From an uncultured Anaerolineae bacterium (GTDB lineage: Bacteria > Chloroflexota > Anaerolineae > VGOG01): a stretch of 64,000 nucleotides of DNA. The notes beneath the pieces were generated by a model, which saw only the letters and a program-made list of their open reading frames with translations, searched no databases and was not told the origin of the DNA. The stretch spans positions 9,352 to 73,351 of the forward strand of contig CAYMKL010000019.1 of NCBI GenBank assembly GCA_964390805.1, written 5' to 3'. The position numbers were made by a program, and so were the translations under genes. Within the stretch, counting starts at the first letter, position 1. Each line of letters begins with the position of its first letter. This document shows, piece by piece, positions 28,901 to 37,335 of this stretch.

Positions 28901-30513
28901 AGTAGTGGCAGGAGAATGAGGTGAGGGGCTCCTGAGAGATAGGTGTCTGACCATTCTTGGGTCAGCTCGAGGTACGTAAAACCGTGCTGTTCGCTAGGCT
29001 CGATGTGGGTATGCTCCCACCACTCGTTGAAGCTGGTGATGACGATCCAATCGGCCTGGGACTGAATAGCCGCCTGGAAGGTGAAGCCATAAGCATCGCC
29101 GCCGGCCCGATCGAGGTACCAGGAGCCAGGGCGGCCCAGGAGGTCATCATCGTAACCCGGCATGACCGCTGGCGCCCAGATCTTCCTCTCAGCGTTTGGG
29201 TCTTGCAGAAATTGATAAGTTCTCACCTGGCCTGAAACCGAAGAGTATACTTCGGCCATGTCTGGGGCGTAGAAGCCGTAGGCATGCAGGCCATCGAACA
29301 CCTCCAGATAGCTCGGGTCGAAGGTCTGGCCGAGCCACACCGCGTCGTAGCCATCGGCCCGGATCTGATCGAGTATGGCCTGCCAGGTCTGGAGAGGGGT
29401 CTGGCCGGGGTTTCTGGCTACGTGTTCAACGGCGTAGAGAAAAACCACCGGCCTACCGCGATAGCGCAGGAAGTTGGGGTGATCGCTGTAGGAATCCAAA
29501 ACATACTCCAACTGATGAGTGACATCTTGAGCTGTCCGGAAACGCTCACCGAGGGTCTCGAAGTAGATGGTCGCTCTAAAATCGCTGCCCTCCGCGGCCG
29601 TGAGCAGTTTGGCGAAATTGGCATCCCGGTAGTTGCCCGAACCCCACCAGGAGGAGATGAAGCCGTGAATACCATACTGCTGCGCCCAGTTGACGTGCCT
29701 GCTGATGGCCTCCGTGTCGCCCGAGCTGTCAGGAAAAAGTGGGTGATCTTCGAGAACAGGGCTCGACCAGGAATCAAGATCATACCAGGGGTAATAGAAG
29801 GCCAAGACCAATCTGGGAAAGACATGAGACTGGGGCAGCGGGCCACCTATTGTGAGGTGGGAGTCAGCTATGGAGAAAGAGAAGGGATTAGACGGATCAC
29901 CTGGCTGGTTCAGGAGATTGGTCCAGGAGGCGATGGGGGCAGCAGACGATGAGTTGTAGTTATAGAACGCCGTCGTCGTAACGCCCAGATCGCCTTTCTC
30001 ATTCTGGAAGAAGATGTGTGTGTCATCATCCAGGCCCGTCATCACCAAATCGTACTGAACCTTGACCGTTTGAGCCAGCGCATCGTCCAGAGGCTGCTCC
30101 AGGTAGAGCCCGTCACTGTCCCACTCAACTCGAGCGGTTGCAGCGTTGCCCTGCAGGATGGTAGTTGTGGCATTGAGGATTCGCTCCTCGCTGCGGACGT
30201 AGAGCCGCGTCCAATCGGAGGAAGTGCCGAGCACTATCCTGGCCCTGTACAGCGCGGGAAGTCCTCCTCCCGAATTGCTGCTCGCCCCCTCTCTTTCCCC
30301 TCCAGATTGGGGAGGAAGAAGGGGGGGAGTGGGCGACCCCGCCACATTCAGTGCTTGGGAGAACACCAGCACCCCCAAGCTAATCAGCAAGCCTGCCAAA
30401 ACAATCCGGCACCTCAAAACTGCTCTAAGGGGATTGCGTGCAACCGCGGTTGCCTCCCGCCTTTGCCCTGGATCGCCAGATCCAGGGCGAGCAAAACTGG
30501 ATCTACCTTCCAA
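28882..30513 (-). CDS. Secreted/membrane-anchored glycoside hydrolase, GH99-like (endo-alpha-mannosidase-like); TTG start
   Basis: N-terminal TM/signal anchor; LAFYYPWYDLD and ITSFNEWWEHTHIEPSE resemble GH99 catalytic-domain motifs; GGAGG RBS. Confidence 0.5.
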   Translation of the reverse strand: MEGRSSFARPGSGDPGQRREATAVARNPLRAVLRCRIVLAGLLISLGVLVFSQALNVAGSPTPPLLPPQSGGEREGASSNSGGGLPALYRARIVLGTSSDWTRLYVRSEERILNATTTILQGNAATARVEWDSDGLYLEQPLDDALAQTVKVQYDLVMTGLDDDTHIFFQNEKGDLGVTTTAFYNYNSSSAAPIASWTNLLNQPGDPSNPFSFSIADSHLTIGGPLPQSHVFPRLVLAFYYPWYDLDSWSSPVLEDHPLFPDSSGDTEAISRHVNWAQQYGIHGFISSWWGSGNYRDANFAKLLTAAEGSDFRATIYFETLGERFRTAQDVTHQLEYVLDSYSDHPNFLRYRGRPVVFLYAVEHVARNPGQTPLQTWQAILDQIRADGYDAVWLGQTFDPSYLEVFDGLHAYGFYAPDMAEVYSSVSGQVRTYQFLQDPNAERKIWAPAVMPGYDDDLLGRPGSWYLDRAGGDAYGFTFQAAIQSQADWIVITSFNEWWEHTHIEPSEQHGFTYLELTQEWSDTYLSGAPHLILLPLLTKNHQ

Positions 30514-30530
30514 CCTCCAACCTCCAACCT

Positions 30531-31919
30531 CTAACCATCGCGCTCCGGTATCTCCGCTCCTTGCTTCCTGACCCAGGCCATGCGGGCTTCGGCTACCACA
30601 GAGAGAGACCCAGTCGCACAGATAAGGTCGCCAGGATTGGCCAGGACCAGCGCCCGCTCCATTGCTTCGGCCACCGTTTCGGTCGTCTCCGCCTGTCGGT
30701 GGCGGACATGTACCTGCTGGAGCAAATCCAATGTACCCACGGCTCTGATGCGATTGGCGCGGGTGAGGATGACCTCATCTGACGCTGGCAGGAGGGCCTC
30801 CAGCATATCGGGCACGCTGTGGCCCATCAGGGCGCCGAAGACCAGGATCAGCCTGCGATGGGGAAACAGCTCCTTAATCGCCACAACCAGCTTCCTGGCG
30901 GAGTCGCCGTTGTGCGCCCCATCCACTACCACCCACGGCTCTCGACCCAGTATCTCCAGCCGCCCCGGCCAGCGAACCCGCCGCAGCCCCTCCTCGACAC
31001 TGGCTTCAGGGATGTTTACTCCCTGTTGACGCAGTTTCTCCATAGCAGCGACAACGACTGTGGCGTTAACCAGTTGATGCCTGCCCAGTAAAGGGATCCA
31101 CAAGTCGTGATTCGTGATTCGTGATTCGTGATTTGTGATTCGGAACCGTTGCCCCTCCGGGTTCGCCTCCTTCGCCCCCCAAGTCCAGTCGCGGCCAACC
31201 ACCGTTAGCTTGGCTTGCTTCTCCCTGCAAACCTCCTCGATAACAGCCATCGCCGACGGGGCCTGGGGAGCGCTGACCACACAAGCCTTGTGTTTGATAA
31301 TGCCCGCCTTCTCCTGCGCGATCTGGGGCAGGGTCTCACCCAAGATGGGGATGTGATCATAGCTGAGAGAGGTGATGATAGCCACCAGGGGGTTGACGAC
31401 GTTGGTGGCGTCCAGCCGCCCGCCCATGCCCACTTCCAAAACGGCGAACTCTACCCCCTGCTCAGCAAAATAGAGGAAGCCCAAGGCAGTGATGATCTCG
31501 AAGGTGGTGATACCCTCGATGCGGCTCACCAGGGGTTGCAATCGTTCGGTGAGAGAGGCCAGCGTTTCCTCAGGGAACAACTGGCCGTTCACTTGAATCC
31601 TCTCCCTGAAAGTATGCAAGTGCGGCGAGGTGTAGAGACCCGTCCGGTAGCCAGCGGCCCGCAGGACAGATTCGCACATCGCCGCCACCGAACCCTTGCC
31701 CTTAGTCCCGGCAATATGGATGGACTCAAAGTGCAGGTGAGGGTTATCGAGCAAGGCCAACAGCTTTTCCACGCGGGCCAGGTCAAAGTGCTCAGGCGAG
31801 TACAGGTAGGAGATTCTCTTCTCGTAATCGGTGAAACCGTAGATGTAGTCTAGCGCGTCTTTGTAGGTTAACATGCCTTGTTCGTCAGCCCCATGAGCGG
31901 CATTGGATTTGTTCCTCAT
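30531..31919 (-). CDS. folC: Bifunctional folylpolyglutamate synthase / dihydrofolate synthase
   Basis: Mur-ligase P-loop HIAGTKGKGSVAAMCESVL, LEVGMGGRLDATNVV, C-terminal Mur ligase domain; start could alternatively be ATG 31874. Confidence 0.85.
   Translation of the reverse strand: MRNKSNAAHGADEQGMLTYKDALDYIYGFTDYEKRISYLYSPEHFDLARVEKLLALLDNPHLHFESIHIAGTKGKGSVAAMCESVLRAAGYRTGLYTSPHLHTFRERIQVNGQLFPEETLASLTERLQPLVSRIEGITTFEIITALGFLYFAEQGVEFAVLEVGMGGRLDATNVVNPLVAIITSLSYDHIPILGETLPQIAQEKAGIIKHKACVVSAPQAPSAMAVIEEVCREKQAKLTVVGRDWTWGAKEANPEGQRFRITNHESRITNHDLWIPLLGRHQLVNATVVVAAMEKLRQQGVNIPEASVEEGLRRVRWPGRLEILGREPWVVVDGAHNGDSARKLVVAIKELFPHRRLILVFGALMGHSVPDMLEALLPASDEVILTRANRIRAVGTLDLLQQVHVRHRQAETTETVAEAMERALVLANPGDLICATGSLSVVAEARMAWVRKQGAEIPERDG
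31107..31141. repeat. Five tandem copies of heptamer GTGATTC (one GTGATTT) inside the folC coding region
   Basis: gtgattcgtgattcgtgattcgtgatttgtgattc; on the coding strand encodes RITNHESRITNHD. Confidence 0.85.
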
Positions 31920-31975
31920 AAGGTCGGCGCTTATTGTATATCAACTGGGAGAAAAAGTAAAATACGAGAATGTTC

Positions 31976-32004
31976 TTGACTATTCGCCCACAATCTGGTA
32001 AACT
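31976..32004 (+). promoter_or_regulatory. Sigma70-like promoter candidate upstream of a structured 350-nt leader/possible ncRNA
   Basis: TTGACT - 17 nt - TAAACT. Confidence 0.3.
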
Positions 32005-32358
32005 TCAGGTCGGCAAAGCCACGTAGTATCTGTTCAACTTGTGCTCGCGGCGGACCCTTCGGCTGGCTCAGGACAAGCCCTGGTCCGCCACCCTGAGTTC
32101 GCAGTCGAGCGCCGAAAACTGCTGGACCTGCTTGGTTAGAGTCACAAAGGGCCGCCGATGCCGATGGACCAGGGTCCAGCGGGAGCATTGGTATCATTGC
32201 GAGGAGCGTTTTTTGCGACGAAGCAATCTCCTTGCTGAACAAAGGTGGGGATTGCGGCAATCCAAGGGATTGCTTCGCAAAAAGCGCCTGCAATGACATC
32301 GTCTCGGGAAGTTACTCTTTAACGAACCCTAAGCAAAGCACCGGGAGGTACTGCTAAT

Positions 32359-33648
32359 TTGAAACACGTCTCCTTAGCATTAGTGATTGTACTGACCCTG
32401 GCAGGACTGAACATGATAGGATGCTCAGCCCGCCCCCTGCTCTATGACGTAGAGTTCTATCCCACTGTGATCTCACCTAACGCCGACGGGTACGACGATG
32501 CGGCCAACGTCCTCTACAAACTCTCCCGCAACGCCAGCTTGTCCATCTACTTCATTGGCGAAAACGGCGAGTCGCACTACCATCGAAACAGAGAGCGACG
32601 TTCAGCTCAAACGGAGCCCTACTGGACGCTCTTCAGCGGGGTGGTGGATGTAGACGAGGCGGGTGCAGTCAAGAGGCGCATGTTGCCCGATGGGCAGTAC
32701 ACCTGGGTCATCGAAGCGACAGATGACAATGGCCACACCGAGAAGGCAGAGGGCAGCTTGACCATCGTTGACGCTGATACGATCCTCCCTGAGCTGCGGG
32801 GCTTCTCCGTCTCCCCCCAGGTTTTCAGCCCCAACCGCGACGGCGTTGACGACCACGTGACCATCAACTACTTCCTCCCCAAGCCAGCCACGGTGCGGGT
32901 CTATCTCCTCAACGAGGCGGGCGAGAAGTTCTTCCTCCCTGAGACGGTATCGCAGAAAATCGAGCCGGGAGAGGTGGGCCTGCATCAGTACGACTACGAG
33001 GGGGGTGTTGATCACGGGACCACCCCTCCGCCCGATGGCACCTACACCGTGGCGGCCATCGCCGATGACCTGGTGGGTCAGCGAGTAGAGGAGCAGGGCA
33101 CCTTGACCATCCAGCACGGTGGGGTGCCCCGGGCCGACATCATCAACGCTGCGGTGGAGTATTCTACTGACGAGGGCCTGCGGGGAGATTTCACTTCTCT
33201 CACCATTCCTTTGGGGGGGACACTGTATTTCACGGCCACGGTGGAGAACTACGGCGATACCCCCGTTCGCACCACCGGCCCGGAGCCAGGGACCACCTAC
33301 ACCAGCGATCAGAACTCTAGCACCCTGGAGTGGTATCAATCGGACGGGGCTTGGCGTTTCGGGCTGGATTTCGAGGAGAATCCTGGCTCTCCCTATCCCT
33401 TCCGTTGGTCCCTGGGCCAGCACGGTGATCTGGAGGCGGTGGTCAAGGGGGACGACGTGTTCTATTACCTCATGCCGGGCCAAAGGGTGACGCTCACTGG
33501 CGCCATCCAGATTCTGGACAAGCCACCGCGCAATCCCTTCTATCTTTGGGCGGGGCTGATCCATGAAGGAGTTGAAATCGTCCAGAATCGAATTGATCCC
33601 ATCCTCATCACCGTTGACGTACCCAGCCGGGGAGCTTGGAACCAATAG
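32359..33648 (+). CDS. Predicted lipoprotein with two FlgD-Ig-like (SPNxDGxDD) domains; TTG start
   Basis: Signal peptide ending LNMIGC; motifs ISPNADGYDDAANV and FSPNRDGVDDHVTINYF. Confidence 0.55.
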   Translation: MKHVSLALVIVLTLAGLNMIGCSARPLLYDVEFYPTVISPNADGYDDAANVLYKLSRNASLSIYFIGENGESHYHRNRERRSAQTEPYWTLFSGVVDVDEAGAVKRRMLPDGQYTWVIEATDDNGHTEKAEGSLTIVDADTILPELRGFSVSPQVFSPNRDGVDDHVTINYFLPKPATVRVYLLNEAGEKFFLPETVSQKIEPGEVGLHQYDYEGGVDHGTTPPPDGTYTVAAIADDLVGQRVEEQGTLTIQHGGVPRADIINAAVEYSTDEGLRGDFTSLTIPLGGTLYFTATVENYGDTPVRTTGPEPGTTYTSDQNSSTLEWYQSDGAWRFGLDFEENPGSPYPFRWSLGQHGDLEAVVKGDDVFYYLMPGQRVTLTGAIQILDKPPRNPFYLWAGLIHEGVEIVQNRIDPILITVDVPSRGAWNQ

Positions 33649-33931
33649 GTGGGTTCTCAAGGAATATCCATCGGGTTTTGGTCCACTTTGGACGAGACCT
33701 TTTCGCGGTTACAACTCGTATTTCTGGTGCTTTCAATGCACTTTCCTGTCTACGACACTTGCCAAAAACGGAAAGTTGTTGTATCATAGAAGCGGCTTAT
33801 CCAAAGAAGATCATTGATGTCGAGGCAAGCACAAGGAGGTGAGGCGTATAAGATCTCCGTTTTGTGTCTTATCCCCCATGATCCGCTTTAAGCGCGGATC
33901 GCCAAAAATCCCAAAACAAGGAGAGAATGCA

Positions 33932-36169
33932 ATGAAGAAGATATTTCTGATGCTGCTCATCGTGGCTCTGCTGCTGCCTTCTGGGCTGAGCGTGGCTTAC
34001 GCCTCCCCGCAGGCGCAAGAGCAGACCTACACCGTAAAGCTGGGCGACAACCTGTGGACCCTGGCGGAGAAGTACTTGGGTAACGGCCCAGCCTACTGGG
34101 CTATTGTTGACGCGACCAACGCCAAGCACGCAGAGGATTCGAGCTTCGCCTCGATCGAGAACCCTAGCCTGATCCACCCAGGGTGGAAGCTGGTGATTCC
34201 CGGACCGGGTTCGGGCATGGTCGTCGGCCAAGTGACGGACATGGGCGGCATTGACGACAAGAGCTTCAACCAGACCGCCTGGAAGGGCATCGAGGACGCT
34301 ATTGCAGACTTCGGCGTGGAGGGCAAGTACCTGGAGTCCCAGCAGCAAGCCGACTACGCCAAGAACCTCCAGCAGTTCCTGGCTGAAGACCTCGACCTGA
34401 TCATCACCGTGGGCTTCCTGTTGGGAGTGGACACCGCCATTACCGCTAAGGAGAATCCCGACACGAGCTTCGCCATTGTGGACTACGCCTATCCCGACTG
34501 CTGGCCTGGGGCGGTGCCTGGCAAGGACTGCGGTTCCGATGTGGAAATACCCAACGTCCTGGGCCTGACCTTCGCCACCGACGAGGCGGCGTTCCTGGCT
34601 GGCTACCTGGCGGCTGGGATGACCAAGACGGGCAAGGTGGGCACCTTCGGCGGCATCAATATCCCCACGGTGACCATCTTCATGAAGGGTCTCGAGGCCG
34701 GCGTCAAGTACTACAACCAGGAGTACGGGACCAGCGTGGAGGTACTGGGTTGGGACACTGCCTCGGATGAGGGTCTGTTCACTGGCAACTTCGAGTCCAC
34801 CGACGATGGACGCAGTTTCGCCGAGTCTCTGATTGACGAGGGCGCGGACATCATCCTGCCGGTGGCAGGGCCTGTGGGCCTGGGCTCTGCTGCGGCCTGC
34901 CAGGAGCGAGGAGCAATGCTCATTGGTGTGGACACCGACTGGTACGTGTCGGCCCCTGAGTTCAAAGAAGTGTATCTGACCAGCATCCTCAAGAACATTG
35001 ACGTGGCAGTGTACGACGCCACCGCCGCGGTGGTGGACGGCACCTTCAAAGGTGGGGGGGTGTACGTCGGAACGCTGGCCAATGATGGTGTGGGGATCTC
35101 CTCATTCCACGAGTTCGAGGATGATGTGCCTGCAGAGCTTGAGGCTGAGATCACACAGGCTAAAGAAGCTCTTATTGCTGGTGTGATCAGCGTAGACGGC
35201 GTCCTGGCGGGTCAGTTCGGTCCCGCTGCGGGAGACCTCGGAAGCCCCGAACGACCGATCCAGGTGCTGTTCGTGCCCTCGGTGGACGTGGGCGAGATCG
35301 TCTCCGGCGGCGAGGTCATGGCCAAGGCACTGACCGATGCCACCGGCCTGGAGTTCGAGGTGAGTGTGCCCACCAGCTACGCGGCCACCATTGAGGCCAT
35401 GTGTGCCTCACCTGAGGACACCATGGGCTTCATCCCGGCCTTGGGCTACACTCTCGCCAGTCAGAAGTGTGGCGTCGAAGTCGCCGCGGCCGCGGTGCGC
35501 TACGGCTGGTCCGTCTACTGGGCGCAGTTCCTCGTGGCGCGCGACAGCGACTACCAGACCCTGGAAGACCTGGCCGGCAAGAAGTGGGCCGTCCCCGATC
35601 TGGGCTCCACCTCTGGCTACCTGTTCCCCTCAGTCATGTTCCAGGAAGCCGGGATTGAGACTGGTGAGGTCATCGAAGCGGGTGGACACCCCCAGGCAGC
35701 TCTGGCGGTGTACAACGGCGAGGTTGACTTTGGCACCACCTACTTCAGCCCGCCACTCACCGATCCCCGCTGGCAGCCCGGCGACTCCCCCGAGCCGTAT
35801 GATCCCTTTGAAGTCGCCTTGAATGAGGCGGGCAGGACCTTCGCCGGCGACGTGCGCGTGCTCGACGCCCGCACCGCCGTGATTGAAACCGCTCCCGACA
35901 TCTTCCAGAAGGTCCGCATCATGATGCTGACCGACGCCATCCCCAATGACACTATGAGCTTCGGGCCCGATTTCCCGGACGCGCTCAAAGGTCTGATCGT
36001 TGCTGCGTTGGCCGAATTCATGGAGACTGACGCCTGCGAGGAGTCAATCTGCTCCGACCAGTTCTACAACTGGACCGGCCTGGATCCGATTGATGACGCC
36101 GCCTACGATGTCATTCGTAGGCTGATCCAAGGTCTGGGCTACACGGAGGAAGACATCTTCGGCGGATAG
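33932..36169 (+). CDS. Fused periplasmic binding protein: signal peptide + LysM + BMP-family (basic membrane lipoprotein) SBP + PhnD/SsuA-like phosphonate-type SBP
   Basis: YTVKLGDNLWTLAEKY (LysM); DMGGIDDKSFNQTAWKGI (BMP/PnrA-like); C-terminal GFIPALGYTLA...WAVPDLGSTSGYLFP (PhnD-like); AAGGAGAG RBS before ATG 33932. Confidence 0.7.
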   Translation: MKKIFLMLLIVALLLPSGLSVAYASPQAQEQTYTVKLGDNLWTLAEKYLGNGPAYWAIVDATNAKHAEDSSFASIENPSLIHPGWKLVIPGPGSGMVVGQVTDMGGIDDKSFNQTAWKGIEDAIADFGVEGKYLESQQQADYAKNLQQFLAEDLDLIITVGFLLGVDTAITAKENPDTSFAIVDYAYPDCWPGAVPGKDCGSDVEIPNVLGLTFATDEAAFLAGYLAAGMTKTGKVGTFGGINIPTVTIFMKGLEAGVKYYNQEYGTSVEVLGWDTASDEGLFTGNFESTDDGRSFAESLIDEGADIILPVAGPVGLGSAAACQERGAMLIGVDTDWYVSAPEFKEVYLTSILKNIDVAVYDATAAVVDGTFKGGGVYVGTLANDGVGISSFHEFEDDVPAELEAEITQAKEALIAGVISVDGVLAGQFGPAAGDLGSPERPIQVLFVPSVDVGEIVSGGEVMAKALTDATGLEFEVSVPTSYAATIEAMCASPEDTMGFIPALGYTLASQKCGVEVAAAAVRYGWSVYWAQFLVARDSDYQTLEDLAGKKWAVPDLGSTSGYLFPSVMFQEAGIETGEVIEAGGHPQAALAVYNGEVDFGTTYFSPPLTDPRWQPGDSPEPYDPFEVALNEAGRTFAGDVRVLDARTAVIETAPDIFQKVRIMMLTDAIPNDTMSFGPDFPDALKGLIVAALAEFMETDACEESICSDQFYNWTGLDPIDDAAYDVIRRLIQGLGYTEEDIFGG

Positions 36170-36241
36170 TTCCTCAACATAGCAGCAAAGCTACGAATTG
36201 GGCGGGGAGAGCATCCCCGCCCAATCTTCAAAATGTGCTTC

Positions 36242-36361
36242 GTGACTACTCACCCTCCCGCAGGTTTAGCCCTCTTTGGGTCGAAACTCGCTAATCCAGT
36301 TCTTGACTCAGGGGCAAAGCATCACCAATCGCAACCTGCGGGAGGGTGGCTAGGTAGTGAC
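36242..36361. mobile_element. MITE/REP-like palindromic element, copy 2
   Basis: gtgactactcaccctcccgcaggtt ... aacctgcgggagggtggctaggtagtgac; flanked by imperfect direct repeats aatcttcaaaatgtgcttcg / aatcttcagaaagcgcttcg. Confidence 0.5.
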
Positions 36362-36577
36362 GCCTAATCTTCAGAAAGCGCTTCGCACAGGGCAATCAGA
36401 AACCAGGCTTCGTCCTGAGGCCTGTCCTGAGAGTAGCCTAAGGGCTCAGCCCGAAGGGTTTTTCGCTTGATAGGGCATTGTGGGTGCTCCAGAACGTGGT
36501 AAGCTCCGCGACGTAGTCACTAGCTTGGCTCAGACGACGAAAAACCCGGTTTCTCTATGTACGTCTAGGAGGGCAAC

Positions 36578-37330
36578 TTGCTTGAGGTCAAGAATCTAAC
36601 CAAGATCTACGACAACGAAGTGCTCGCGCTGGATGATGTGAGCTTCAGTGCGCTGAAGGGCAAGTTCACGGCAGTGATTGGGTTGAGCGGTTCCGGCAAG
36701 AGCACGCTGTTGCGATGCATCAACCGCCTGGTTGAACCGACAGCCGGCCAGGTGATCTGGGACGGCACGGACATCACGGCTGCTGCACAGGAGGATTTGC
36801 GTTTGATCCGCCGCCGGATTGGCATGATCTTCCAGCAGTTCAACCTGGTGACGCGCTCCAGTGTCCTGACCAATGTCCTTTCGGGACGTTTGGGCTACGT
36901 CAATCCCCTATGGAGTCTCTTCAACTACTTTCCCAAAGAAGACATCAGCAAGGCGATGGCCAGCCTGGAGCGAGTGGACATTGCCGACAAGGCCCATAAT
37001 CGAGCCGACGAGCTGAGCGGCGGGCAGCAGCAACGGGTGGGCGTCGCCCGAGCCTTGATGCAGGACCCCGAGCTCTTGCTGGCCGACGAACCAGTGGCCA
37101 GCCTGGACCCCGTGCTGGCTCACAGCATCATGAGAATTCTGAAACGGCTCAACGAGGAAGACGGAATCACCGTGATTTGCAGCCTGCACTTCTTGGACCT
37201 GGTGCAGCAATACGCTGACAGAGCCATTGCCCTGAACGATGGCCAGCTGGTCTTCGATGGCTTGCCTCACGAGATTGACGATGAGCGGTTCAAAGAGATC
37301 TACGGCCAAGAAGCCGAACGCATAGGATAG
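36578..37330 (+). CDS. phnC: Phosphonate/phosphite ABC transporter ATP-binding protein; TTG start
   Basis: GLSGSGKSTLLRCINRLVEPTAGQV, LSGGQQQRVGVARALMQ; GGAGG RBS. Confidence 0.85.
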   Translation: MLEVKNLTKIYDNEVLALDDVSFSALKGKFTAVIGLSGSGKSTLLRCINRLVEPTAGQVIWDGTDITAAAQEDLRLIRRRIGMIFQQFNLVTRSSVLTNVLSGRLGYVNPLWSLFNYFPKEDISKAMASLERVDIADKAHNRADELSGGQQQRVGVARALMQDPELLLADEPVASLDPVLAHSIMRILKRLNEEDGITVICSLHFLDLVQQYADRAIALNDGQLVFDGLPHEIDDERFKEIYGQEAERIG

Positions 37331-37335
37331 CAATC

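Noticed and set aside
31931-32299. 122-aa minus-strand ORF between folC and the lipoprotein gene
   Set aside because: Low-complexity Pro/Gly/Ala/Ser-rich translation, no RBS, region is dominated by inverted repeats; more likely non-coding structured DNA/RNA.
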